A stretch of DNA of 64,000 bases from Macrostomum hystrix (Eukaryota; Animalia; Platyhelminthes). The translations under genes and the position numbers were made by a program. The notes under the pieces are model-generated. The model ran no database searches and was not told the origin of the DNA. It saw nothing but the letters and a program-made list of their open reading frames with translations. Positions 1 through 13,054 of this stretch are shown here, piece after piece (within the stretch, counting starts at the first letter, position 1; each line of letters opens with the position of its first letter). Where the stretch lies: contig CATNEN010000002.1 in the NCBI GenBank assembly GCA_950097015.1, positions 2,604,001 to 2,668,000 on the forward strand. Reading direction: 5' to 3'.

Positions 1-40
1 GATCGGCCTTTCTTGGCAGCAAGTAGCATTTCTTGATTAT

Positions 41-78
41 ACTTGCTTACTTACTTGCTTACTTGCTTACTTACTTGC
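41..78 (+). repeat. (CTTA/CTTG)n tetranucleotide microsatellite immediately upstream of the satellite
   Basis: acttgcttacttacttgcttacttgcttacttacttgc; same type as the (CTTG)n tract near the 5' end of the Helitrons at 9160-12200. Confidence 0.8.
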
Positions 79-82
79 AAAA

Positions 83-3000
83 GCATTGATAGATATCTAG
101 GCTCAACATTCTTATAGATTTCTAGGCTCAACATTTTTATAGAGATCTAGGCACAGCATTGATAGTTATCTATGCTCAACATTTTTATAGATATCTAGGC
201 TCAGCATTGATAGTTTTCTAGGCTCAACATTCTTATAGATTTCTAGGCTCAACATTGATAGATATCTAGGCACAGCATCGATAGATATCCAAGCTCAGAA
301 TTTATATTTATCTAGGCTCAGCATTGATAGTTACCTAGGCTCAGCATTGATAGTTATCTAGGCTTAGCATTGATAGTTACCTAGGCTTAGCATTGATAGT
401 TATCTAGGCTTAGGATTGATAGTTATCTAGGCTCAACATTTTTATAGATAACTAGGCTCAGCATTGATAGTTATCTAGGCTCAGCATTGATAGTTATCTA
501 GGCTCAACATTGATAGATATCTAGGCTCAGCATTGATAGATATCCAAACTCAGAATTGATAGGTTCCAAGGGTCAGAATCGATAAAAAACTAGGCTCAGC
601 ATTGATAGTTATCTAGGCTCAACATTTTTATAGATAACTAGGCTCAGCATTGATAGTATCTAGGCTCAACATTTTTATAGATAACTAGGCACAGCATTGA
701 TAGTTATCTAGGCACAGCATTGATAGTTATCTAGGCTCAGCATTGATAGTTACCTAGGCTCAGCATTGATAGTTACCTAGGCTTAGCATTGATAGTTACC
801 TAGGCTCAGCATTGATAGTTACCTAGGCTCAGCATTGATAGTTACCTAGGCTTAGCATTGATAGTTACCTAGGCTCAACATTGATAGATATCTAGGCTCA
901 GCATTGATAGATATCTAGGCTCAGCATTGATAGTTATCTAGGCTCAACATTGATAGATATCTAGGCTCAGCATTGATAGATATCCAAGCTCAGAATTGAT
1001 AGGTTCCAAGGGTCAGAATCGATAGAAAACTAGGCTCAGCATTGATAGTTATCTAGGCTCAACATTTTTATAGATAACTAGGCTCAGCATTGATAGTATC
1101 TAGGCTCAACATTTTTATAGATAACTAGGCACAGCATTGATAGTTATCTAGGCACAGCATTGATAGTTATCTAGGCTCAGCATTGATAGTTACCTAGGCT
1201 CAGCATTGATAGTTACCTAGGCTTAGCATTGATAGTTACCTAGGCTCAGCATTGATAGTTACCTAGGCTCAGCATTGATAGTTACCTAGGCTTAGCATTG
1301 ATAGTTACCTAGGCTCAACATTGATAGATATCTAGGCTCAGCATTGATACATATCTAGGCTCAGCATTGATAGTTATCTAGGCTCAACATTGATAGATAT
1401 CTAGGCTCAGCATTGATAGATATCCAAGCTCAGAATTGATAGGTTCCAAGGGTCAGAATCGATAGAAAACTAGGCTCAGCATTGATAGTTATCTAGGCTC
1501 AACATTTTTATAGATAACTAGGCTCAGCATTGATAGTATCTAGGCTCAACATTTTTATAGATAACTAGGCACAGCATTGATAGTTATCTAGGCACAGCAT
1601 TGATAGTTATCTAGGCTCAGCATTGATAGTTACCTAGGCTCAGCATTGATAGTTACCTAGGCTTAGCATTGATAGTTATCTAGGCTCAGCATTGATAGTT
1701 ACCTAGGCTCAGCATTGATAGTTACCTAGGCTTAGCATTGATAGTTACCTAGGCTCAGCATTGATAGTTACCTAGGCTCAGCATTGATAGTTATCTAGGC
1801 TCAACATTTTTATAGATAACTAGGCTCAGCATTGATAGTATCTAGGCTCAACATTTTTATAGATAACTAGGCACAGCATTGATAGTTATCTAGGCACAGC
1901 ATTGATAGTTACCTAGGCTCAGCATTGATAGTTACCTAGGCTCAGCATTGATAGTTAACTAGGCTCAGCATTGATTGTTATCTAGGCTCAACATTTTTAT
2001 AGATAACTAGGCTCAGCATTGATAGTATCTAGGCTCAACATTTTTATAGTTATCTAGGCTCAGCATTGATAGATTTCCAAGCTCAGAATTGATAGAAAAC
2101 TAGGCTCAGCATTGATAGTTATCTAGGCTCAACATTTTTATAGATAACTAGGCACAGCATTGATAGTTATCTAGGCTCAGCATTGATAGTTATCTAGGCT
2201 CAGCATTGATAGTTATCTAGGCTCAGCATTGATAGTTATCAAGGCTCAGCATTGATAGTTTTCTAGGCTCAGCATTGATAGTTATCAAGGCTCAGCATTG
2301 ATAGTTATCAAGGCTCAGCATTGATAGTTATCTAGGCTCAGCATTGATAGTTATCAAGGCTCAGCATTGATAGTTATCCAGGCTCAGCATTGATAGTTAT
2401 CTAGGCTCAGCATTGATAATTATCTAGGCTCAGCATTGATAGTTATCTAGGCTCAGCATTGATAGTTATCTAGGCTTAGCATTGATAGTTACCTAGGCTT
2501 AGCATTGATAGTTACCTAGGCTCAGCATTGATAGTTACCTAGGCTCAGCATTGATAGTTACCTAGGCTCAGCATTGATAGTTACCTAGGCTGAGCATTGA
2601 TAGTTATCTAGGCTCAGCATTGATAGTTACCTAGGCTGAGCATTGATAGTTATCTAGGCTCAGCATTGATAGTTATCTAGGCTCAACATTTTTATAGATA
2701 ACTAGGCACAGCATTGATAGTTATCTAGGCTCAGCATTGATAGTTATCTAGGCTCAGCATTGATAGTTATCTAGGCTCAGCATTGATAGTTATCAAGGCT
2801 CAGCATTGATAGTTTTCTAGGCTCAGCATTGATAGTTATCAAGGCTCAGCATTGATAGTTATCTAGGCTCAGCATTGATAGTTATCTAGGCTCAGCATTG
2901 ATAGTTATCCAGGCTCAGCATTGATAGTTATCTAGGCTCAGCATTGATAATTATCTAGGCTCAGCATTGATAGTTATCTAGGCTCAGCATTGATAGTTAT

Positions 3001-6000
3001 CTAGGCTCAGGATTGATAGTTAACTAGGCTCAGCATTGATTGTTATCTAGGCTCAACATTTTTATAGATATTAAGGCTCAGCATTGATAGATATCTAGGC
3101 TCAGCATTGATAGTTATCTAGGCTCAGCATTGATAGATATCTAGGCTCAGCATTGATAGTTATCTAGGCTCAACATTTTTATAGATATTAAGGCTCAGCA
3201 TTGATAGATATCTAGGCTCAGCATTGATAGTTATCTAGGCTCAGCATTGATAGATATCTAGGCTCAGCATTGATAGTTATCTAGGCTCAGCATTGATAGA
3301 TATCTAGGCTCAGCATTGATAGTTATCTAGGCTCAGCATTGATAGTTATCTAGGCTCAGGATTGATAGTTAACTAGGCTCAGCATTGATAGTTATCTAGG
3401 CTCAGCATTGATAGTTATCTAGGCTCAGGATTGATAGTTATCTAGGCTCAACATTTTTTTAGATATTAAGTCTCAGCATTGATAGTTATCTAGGCTCAAC
3501 ATTTTTATAGATATCTAGGCTCGGCATTGATAGTTATCTAGGCTCAGCGTGATAGTTATCTAGGCTCAACATTGATAGATATCTAGGCTCAGCATTGATA
3601 GTTATCTAGGCTCAACATTTTTATAGACATCAAGGCTCAGATTGGATTGATATCCAAGCTCTGAATTGATAGATTCCACGGGTCAGAATCGAAAGAAAAC
3701 TAGGCTCAGCATTGATATTTAACTAGGCTCAGCATTGATAGTTATCTAGGCTCAGCATTGATAGTTATCTAGGCTCAGCATTGATAGTTATCTAGGCTCA
3801 GCATTGATAGTTATCAAGGCTCAGCATTGATAGTTATCCAGGCTCAGCATTGATAGTTATCTAGGCTCAGCATTGATAATTATCTAGGCTCAGCATTGAT
3901 AGTTATCTAGGCTCAGCATTGATAGTTATCTAGGCTCAGGATTGATAGTTAACTAGGCTCAGCATTGATTGTTATCTAGGCTCAACATTTTTATAGATAT
4001 TAAGGATCAGCATTGATAGATATCTAGGCTCAGCATTGATAGTTATCTAGGCTCAGCATTGATAGATATCTAGGCTCAGCATTGATAGTTATCTAGGCTC
4101 AACATTTTTATAGATATTAAGGCTCAGCATTGATAGATATCTAGGCTCAGCATTGATAGTTATCTAGGCTCAGCATTGATAGATATCTAGGCTCAGCATT
4201 GATAGTTATCTAGGCTCAGCATTGATAGATATCTAGGCTCAGCATTGATAGTTATCTAGGCTCAGCATTGATAGTTATCTAGGCTCAGGATTGATAGTTA
4301 ACTAGGCTCAGCATTGATAGTTATCTAGGCTCAGCATTGATAGTTATCTAGGCTCAGGATTGATAGTTATCTAGGCTCAACATTTTTTTTAGATATTAAG
4401 TCTCAGCATTGATAGTTATCTAGGCTCAACACTTTTATAGATATCTAGGCTCAGCATTGATAGTTATCTAGGCTCAGCGTGATAGTTATCTAGGCTCAAC
4501 ATTTTTATAGATATCTGGGCTCAGCATTGATAGTTATCTAGGCTCAGCATTGATAGATATCTAGGCTCAGCATTGATAGTTATCTAGGCTCAACATTTTT
4601 ATAGACATCAAGGCTCAGATTGGATTGATATCCAAGCTCTGAATTGATAGATTCCACGGGTCAGAATCGAAAGAAAACTAGGCTCAGCATTGATATTTAA
4701 CTAGGCTCAGCATTGATAGTTATCTAGGCTCAGCATTGATAGTTATCTAGGCTCAGCATTGATAGTTATCTAGGCTAAGCATTGATAGTTATCTAGGCTC
4801 AGGATTGATAGTTAACTAGGCTCAGCATTGATAGTTATCTAGGCTCAGCATTGATAGTTATCTAGGCTTAGCATTGATAGTTACCTAGGCTTAGCATTGA
4901 TAGTTACCTAGGCTCAGCATTGATAGTTACCTAGGCTCAGCATTGATAGTTACCTAGGCTCAGCATTGATAGTTACCTAGGCTGAGCATTGATAGTTATC
5001 TAGGCTCAGCATTGATAGTTACCTAGGCTGAGCATTGATAGTTATCTAGGCTCAGCATTGATAGTTATCTAGGCTCAACATTTTTATAGATAACTAGGCA
5101 CAGCATTGATAGTTATCTAGGCTCAGCATTGATAGTTATCTAGGCTCAGCATTGATAGTTATCTAGGCTCAGCATTGATAGTTATCAAGGCTCAGCATTG
5201 ATAGTTTTCTAGGCTCAGCATTGATAGTTATCAAGGCTCAGCATTGATAGTTATCTAGGCTCAGCATTGATAGTTATCTAGGCTCAGCATTGATAGTTAT
5301 CCAGGCTCAGCATTGATAGTTATCTAGGCTCAGCATTGATAATTATCTAGGCTCAGCATTGATAGTTATCTAGGCTCAGCATTGATAGTTATCTAGGCTC
5401 AGGATTGATAGTTAACTAGGCTCAGCATTGATTGTTATCTAGGCTCAACATTTTTATAGATATTAAGGCTCAGCATTGATAGATATCTAGGCTCAGCATT
5501 GATAGTTATCTAGGCTCAGCATTGATAGATATCTAGGCTCAGCATTGATAGTTATCTAGGCTCAACATTTTTATAGATATTAAGGCTCAGCATTGATAGA
5601 TATCTAGGCTCAGCATTGATAGTTATCTAGGCTCAGCATTGATAGATATCTAGGCTCAGCATTGATAGTTATCTAGGCTCAGCATTGATAGATATCTAGG
5701 CTCAGCATTGATAGTTATCTAGGCTCAGCATTGATAGTTATCTAGGCTCAGGATTGATAGTTAACTAGGCTCAGCATTGATAGTTATCTAGGCTCAGCAT
5801 TGATAGTTATCTAGGCTCAGGATTGATAGTTATCTAGGCTCAACATTTTTTTAGATATTAAGTCTCAGCATTGATAGTTATCTAGGCTCAACATTTTTAT
5901 AGATATCTAGGCTCAGCATTGATAGTTATCTAGGCTCAGCGTGATAGTTATCTAGGCTCAACATTGATAGATATCTAGGCTCAGCATTGATAGTTATCTA

Positions 6001-9000
6001 GGCTCAACATTTTTATAGACATCAAGGCTCAGATTGGATTGATATCCAAGCTCTGAATTGATAGATTCCACGGGTCAGAATCGAAAGAAAACTAGGCTCA
6101 GCATTGATATTTAACTAGGCTCAGCATTGATAGTTATCTAGGCTCAGCATTGATAGTTATCTAGGCTCAGCATTGATAGTTATCTAGGCTCAGCATTGAT
6201 AGTTATCAAGGCTCAGCATTGATAGTTATCCAGGCTCAGCATTGATAGTTATCTAGGCTCAGCATTGATAATTATCTAGGCTCAGCATTGATAGTTATCT
6301 AGGCTCAGCATTGATAGTTATCTAGGCTCAGGATTGATAGTTAACTAGGCTCAGCATTGATTGTTATCTAGGCTCAACATTTTTATAGATATTAAGGCTC
6401 AGCATTGATAGATATCTAGGCTCAGCATTGATAGTTATCTAGGCTCAACATTTTTATAGATATTAAGGCTCAGCATTGATAGATATCTAGGCTCAGCATT
6501 GATAGTTATCTAGGCTCAGCATTGATAGATATCTAGGCTCAGCATTGATAGTTATCTAGGCTCAGCATTGATAATTATCTAGGCTCAGCATTGATAGTTA
6601 TCTAGGCTCAGCATTGATAGTTATCTAGGCTCAGGATTGATAGTTAACTAGGCTCAGCATTGATAGTTATCTAGGCTCAGCATTGATAGTTATCTAGGCT
6701 CAGCATTGATAGTTATCTAGGCTCAACATTTTTTTAGATATTAAGTCTCAGCATTGATAGTTATCTAGGCTCAACATTTTTATAGATATCTAGGCTCAGC
6801 ATTGATAGTTATCTAGGCTCAGCGTGATAGTTATCTAGGCTCAACATTGATAGATATCTAGGCTCAGCATTGATAGTTATCTAGGCTCAACATTTTTATA
6901 GAGATCAAGGCTCAGATTGGATTGATATCCAAGCTCTGAATTGATAGATTCCACGGGTCAGAATCGAAAGAAAACTAGGCTCAGCATTGATATTTAACTA
7001 GGCTCAGCATTGATAGTTATCTAGGCTCAGCATTGATAGTTATCTAGGCTCAGCATTGATAGTTATCTAGGCTCAGCATTGATAGTTATCAAGGCTCAGC
7101 ATTGATAGTTATCCAGGCTCAGCATTGATAGTTATCTAGGCTCAGCATTGATAATTATCTAGGCTCAGCATTGATAGTTATCTAGGCTCAGCATTGATAG
7201 TTATCTAGGCTCAGGATTGATAGTTAACTAGGCTCAGCATTGATTGTTATCTAGGCTCAACATTTTTATAGATATTAAGGATCAGCATTGATTGATATCT
7301 AGGCTCAGCATTGATAGTTATCTAGGCTCAGCATTGATAGATATCTAGGCTCAGCATTGATAGTTATCTAGGCTCAACATTTTTATAGATATTAAGGCTC
7401 AGCATTGATAGATATCTAGGCTCAGCATTGATAGTTATCTAGGCTCAGCATTGATAGATATCTAGGCTCAGCATTGATAGTTATCTAGGCTCAGCATTGA
7501 TAGATATCTAGGCTCAGCATTGATAGTTATCTAGGCTCAGCATTGATAGTTATCTAGGCTCAGGATTGATAGTTAACTAGGCTCAGCATTGATAGTTATC
7601 TAGGCTCAGCATTGATAGTTATCAAGGCTCAGCATTGATAGTTATCCAGGCTCAGCATTGATAGTTATCTAGGCTCAGCATTGATAATTATCTAGGCTCA
7701 GCATTGATAGTTATCTAGGCTCAGCATTGATAGTTATCTAGGCTCAGGATTGATAGTTAACTAGGCTCAGCATTGATTGTTATCTAGGCTCAACATTTTT
7801 ATAGATATTAAGGATCAGCATTGATTGATATCTAGGCTCAGCATTGATAGTTATCTAGGCTCAGCATTGATAGATATCTAGGCTCAGCATTGATAGTTAT
7901 CTAGGCTCAACATTTTTATAGATATTAAGGCTCAGCATTGATAGATATCTAGGCTCAGCATTGATAGTTATCTAGGCTCAGCATTGATAGATATCTAGGC
8001 TCAGCATTGATATTTAACTAGGCTCAGCATTGATAGATATCTAGGCTCAGCATTGATAGTTATCTAGGCTCAGCATTGATAGTTATCTAGGCTCAGGATT
8101 GATAGTTATCTAGGCTCAACATTTTTATAGATATTAAGGCTCAGCGTGGTAGTCATCTAGGCTCAACATTTTTATAGATAACTAGGCTCAGCATTGATAG
8201 ATTCCTAGGCTCAGCATTGATAGTTATCTAGGCTCAACATTTTTATAGATGTCAAGGCTCAGCATTGATAGTTATCCAAGCTCAGAATGGATAGATTCCA
8301 CGGGTCAGAATCGAAAGAAAACTAGGCTCAGCATTGATTGTTATCTAGGCTCAACATTTTCTAGATATTAAGGCTCAGCGTGATAGTTATCTAGGCTCAA
8401 CATATTTATTGATAACTAGGCTCAGCATTGATAGTTATCTAGGCTCAGCATTGATAGTTATCTAGGCTCAGCATTGATAGTTATCTAGGCTCAGCATTGA
8501 TAGTTATCTAGGCTCAGCATTGATAGTTATCTAGGCTCAGCATTGATAGATATCTAGGCTCAGCATTGATAGTTATCTAGGCTCAGCATTGATAGATATC
8601 TAGGCTCAACATTTTTTTAGATATTAAGGCTCAGCGTGATAGTTATCTAGGCTCAAAATATTTATAGATAACTAGGCACAGCATTGTTATTTATCTAGGC
8701 TCAAAATTGATAGATTCCTAGGCTCAACATTTTGATAGATATCTCGGCTCAGCACTGGTAGATATCTAGGCTCAGAATGGATAGATATCGTACTTTAGAT
8801 TTGATAGATATCTAGATAACTTCATTGGTTAAAAATCTATAGAAATTTAAGCTAAGAATCGATAGATATTGAAGCTCAGAATTTTTAGAAATCTAAGGTC
8901 AGAATTGATAGAATTCTAAGCTCAGAATTGATAGAAATCTTGGCTCAGCACGGGTAGATATCTAGGCTCAGTGTTGATAGATATTTAGGCTCAAAGTCGA

Positions 9001-9050
9001 TAGAAAGTTAAGCTCAGAATCAATAGATATCTTAGTTCAGAGTTGATATC
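83..9050 (+). repeat. 23-bp tandem satellite (consensus CTAGGCTCAGCATTGATAGTTAT), roughly 390 monomers
   Basis: Period 23 read directly (e.g. CTAGG at 2171 and 2194); recurrent 25-bp variant CTAGGCTCAACATTTTTATAGATAA; monomers are more degenerate at both edges. Confidence 0.97.
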
Positions 9051-9100
9051 TATTGACTTACTAAATACTGTTTTATTATTGTAAAGTTGCCTTCAAGCTA

Positions 9101-9130
9101 AGGTCCCCAAAGGGGGGCCTAAATTGCTAG
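9101..9130 (+). mobile_element. Helitron-type 3' terminus (GC-rich hairpin followed by CTAG) closing the satellite block
   Basis: AGGTCCCC-aaa-GGGGGGCCT near-palindrome, 6 nt spacer, CTAG at 9127-9130, followed by T. Confidence 0.65.
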
Positions 9131-9133
9131 TCT

Positions 9134-9514
9134 TCTAATATACTAAAAATGAAAATCTTTCTAATATACTAAAAATGAAAATCTTGCTTGCTTGCTTGTT
9201 TGCAATCGACTAGCTCCCGAACGGCTCAACCGATTTTCGCAATTCCTTCGCCAAAAGATCACAAATGGGCCGGAATCGGTACACGTATTTTTATTAAGCT
9301 TAATTTCATTGCCAAGGGGATTAAATATTCGAAAAACAGTTTTAAATAGGCTTTTCTAATGCATTCTTGTTTACAGCTTGTGCACAGTGAGGCCTCCAGT
9401 GCCAATTTTAATGATTGCATCAGAGCCAGTTTTGATAACGAACTGATAAGAACTCCAGTGAGGCTACCCAGAGGGTAGCGAAGGCAGCTAGTCTAATATA
9501 CTAAAAATGAAAAT

Positions 9515-9547
<33 letters not shown>

Positions 9548-10849
9548 TTGCAATCGACTAGCTCCCGAACGGCTCAACCGATTTTCGCAATTCCTTCGCC
9601 AAAAGATCACAAATGGGCCGGAATCGGTACACGTATTTTTATTAAGCTTAATTCCATTGCCAAGGGGATTAAATATTCGAAAAACAGTTTTAAATAGGCT
9701 TTTCTAATGCATTCTTGTTTTCAGCTTGTGCACAGTGAGGCTCCAGTGCCAATTTTAATGATTGCATCAGAGCCAGTTTTGATAACGAACTGATAAGAAC
9801 TCACAGGGAGGCTACCCAGAGGGTAGCGAAGGCAGCTAGTCTAATATACTAAAAATGAAAATCTTGTTTGTATGTTTGTATGTTTGCAATCGACTAGCTC
9901 CCGAACGGCTCAACCGATTTTCGCAATTCCTTCGCTAAAAGATCACAATTGGTCCCGAATCGGTACACGTATTTTTATTAAGCTTAATTCCATTGCCAAG
10001 GGGATTAAATATTCGAAAAACAGTTTTAAATAGGCTTTTCTAATGCATTCTTGTTTTCAGCTTGTGCACAGTGAGGCTCCAGTGCCAATTTTTATGATTG
10101 CATCAGAGCCAGTTTTGATAACGAACTGATAAGAACTCCAGTGAGGCTACCCAGAGGGTAGCGAAGGCAGCTAGTCTTATATACTAAAAATGAAAATCTT
10201 GCTTGCTTGTTTGCAATCGACTAGCTCCCGAACGGCTCAACCGATTTTCAAAATTCCTTCGCCAAAAGATCACAAATGGGCCGGAATCGGTACACGTAAT
10301 TTTATTAAGCTTAATTCCATTGCCAAGGGGATTAAATATTCGAAAAACTGTTTTAAATAGGCTTTTCTAATGCATTCTTGTTTTCAGCTTGTGCACAGTG
10401 AGGCTCCAGTGCCAATTTTAATGATTGCATCAGAGCCAATTTTGATAAGGCACTGATAAGAACTCAAGGGAGGCTACCCAGAGGGTAGCGAAGGCAGCTA
10501 GTAATATACTAAAAATGAAAATCTTGTATGTTTGCAATCGACTAGCTCCCGAACGGCTCAACCGATTTTCGCAATTCCTTCGCCAAAAGATCACAAATGG
10601 GCCGGAATCGGTACACGTATTTTTATTAAGCTTAATTTCATTGCCAAGGGGATTAAATATTCGAAAAACAGTTTTAAATAGGCTTTCTAATGCATTCTTG
10701 TTTTCAGCTTGTGCACAGTGAGGCCTCCAGTGCCAATTTTAATGATTGCATCAGAGCCAATTTTGATAACGCACTGATAAGAACTCAAGGTAGGCTACCC
10801 AGAGGGTAGCGAAGGGCAGCTAGTCTTCTAATATACTAAAAATGAAAAT

Positions 10850-10882
<33 letters not shown>

Positions 10883-12200
10883 TTGCAATCGACTAGCTCC
10901 CGAACGGCTAAACCGATTTTCACAATTCCTTCGCCAAAAGATCACAAATGGGCCCGAATCGGTACACGTATTTTTATTAAGCTTAATTCCATTGCCAAGG
11001 GGATTAAATATTCGAAAAACTGTTTTAAATAGGCTTTCTAATGCATTCTTGTTTTCAGCTTGTGCACAGTGAGGCCTCCAGTGCCAATTTTAATGATTGC
11101 ATCAGAGCCAATTTTGATAACGCACTGATAAGAACTCAAGGTAGGCTACCCAGAGGGTAGCGAAGGGCAGCTAGTAATATACTAAAAATGAAAATCTTGC
11201 TTGCTTGCTTGCTTGCTTGTTTGCAATCGACTAGCTCCCGAACGGCTAAACCGATTTTCACAATTCCTTCGCCAAAAGATCACAAATGGGCCCGAATCGG
11301 TACACATATTTTTATTAAGCTTAATTCCATTGCCAAGGGGATTAAATATTCGAAAAACTGTTTTGAATAGGCTTTTCTAATGCATTCTTGTTTTCAGCTT
11401 GTGCACAGTGAGGCCTCCAGTGCCAAATTTAATGATTGCATCAGAGCCAGTTTTGATAACGAACTGATAAGAACTCACAGGGAGGCTACCCAGAGGGTAG
11501 CGAAGGCAGCTAGTCTAATATACTAAAAATGAAAATCTTGTTTGTATGTTTGTATGTATGTTTGCAATCGACTAGCTCCCGAACGGCTCAACCGATTTTC
11601 AAAATTCCTTTACTAAAAGATCGCAATTGGGCTGGAATCGGTACACGTATTTTTATTAAGCTTAATTCCATTGCCAAGGGGATTAAATATTCGAAAAACA
11701 GTTTTAAATAGGCTTTTCTAATGCATTCTTGTTTTCAGCTTGTGCACAGTGAGGCTCCAGTGCCAATTTTAATGATTGCATCAGAGCCAGTTTTGATAAC
11801 GAACTGATAAGAACTCACAGGGAGGCTACCCAGAGGGTAGCGAAGGCAGCTAGTAATCTAATAATATACTAAAAATGAAAATCTTGTTTGTATGTTTGTA
11901 TGTATGTTTGCAATCGACTAGCTCCCGAACGGCTCAACCGATTTTCAAAATTCCTTCGCCAAAAGATCACAAATGGGCCGGAATCGGTACACTTTTTTTT
12001 ATTAAGCTTAATTCCATTGCCAAGGGGATTAAATATTCGAAAAACCGTTTTAAATAGGCTTTTCTAATGCATTCTTGTTTTCAGCTTGTGCACAGTGAGG
12101 CCTCCAGTGCCAATTTTAATGATTGCATCAGAGCCAATTTTGATAACGCACTGATAAGAACTCAAGGTAGGCTACCCAGAGGGTAGCGAAGGGCAGCTAG
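9134..12200 (+). mobile_element. Head-to-tail array of 9 non-autonomous Helitrons (family 1, ~320-350 bp) plus a 26-bp 5' stub
   Basis: Copies 9160-9491, 9492-9839, 9840-10174, 10175-10501, 10502-10823, 10824-11174, 11175-11513, 11514-11853, 11854-12200; stub 9134-9159. Each starts T(C)TAATATACTAAAAATG, has a (CTTG)n or (TATG/TTTG)n tract, and ends GCTACCC-aga-GGGTAGC hairpin + 8-9 nt + CTAG, the canonical Helitron TC...hairpin-CTRR signature. Confidence 0.9.
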
Positions 12201-12430
12201 TAATAATTGTACTGAAAATTAAATGCCTGCTTGCTTACTGCAATCGTGTAACTCCGGAAGGGCTTTACCGACTTTTATAACTCCTTGACTAAAATATAGC
12301 TATTCACTTCTATAGAACATTGGTTGTCAGCCAATATGTGATTATGCTTGGGGCAAACAGGTGGGGGCGTATCTGCTTTTTGAGAGGACAAGTGCGATTT
12401 GCATTAGAGAATTGTATAAATCCTGAAATC
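12201..12430 (+). mobile_element. 5' part of a second Helitron-like family (family 2)
   Basis: Starts directly after the CTAG of family-1 copy 9; TAATAATTGTACTGAAAATTAAATGCCTGCTTGCTT resembles the family-1 start; homologous to 40883-41170. Confidence 0.6.
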
Positions 12431-12928
12431 TTGAAGTTACCTATTGCTAGTAAAAATAATCAAATATATGTTATTCATTTAAATTTATAAAACGTGCTAC
12501 TGCATCAAAGGTCATTAAATATATAATGCCGAAGGTTTGAACTGGTACATTGATAATAGCACCAATGAACTCGGAATTCGTAATTTTGTCAGGGCTTCAA
12601 AGCTAGTTCTCCTTTACTCCGTCCCTCCCTCAAAGGGGGAATCTATTTGCGCGTTACTTGCGCGTTACTTGTACAAGCCCTTGTGTGCAGTGCATTAGAT
12701 TAACAACTATTATCGTTTCTAGTGTATTTTCTATCGAAACGTACTAAAACTAATGCGTTGCATATACTTGCAGCTGACTCACACATTGGTTTCTTGTCTT
12801 CAACACTCATAATTTCGTGTCTACCTACTTCCTTTTAAATGACTAGCCGCTTATTTAGCAGGCATTAGCTTGCAGCCATTATTTAAACACTTGAAGGTTA
12901 GATTAGGCTAGGTTTGCTTAGGTTAGAT

Positions 12929-12934
12929 TTTATT
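12929..12934 (-). promoter_or_regulatory. Candidate polyadenylation signal (AATAAA) of the 3-exon gene
   Basis: tttatt on plus, ~120 nt downstream of the stop codon at 13055; not present in the homologous stretch near 41510-41530. Confidence 0.45.
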
Positions 12935-13054
12935 AGATTATAAAATAAAGATTAAACGCTTTCTAGTTATAGCTCGTGGACAGCACATCTGACGGCGTCT
13001 GTTAGACGGCGTGATAAACTACTCAGTGGAATACGTTAGTCAGTTGAGCAACTC

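Noticed and set aside
83-9050. CRISPR-like appearance of regularly spaced short repeats (also 15516-18410)
   Set aside because: The monomers abut with no unique spacers, no cas genes are present, and the context is eukaryotic.
9507-12057. Six short ORFs beginning MKILLACLLACL / MKILFVCLYVCL that resemble signal peptides of a secreted peptide family
   Set aside because: They are read-throughs of the Helitron 5' end and its tetranucleotide microsatellite; the frame changes with repeat number between copies.
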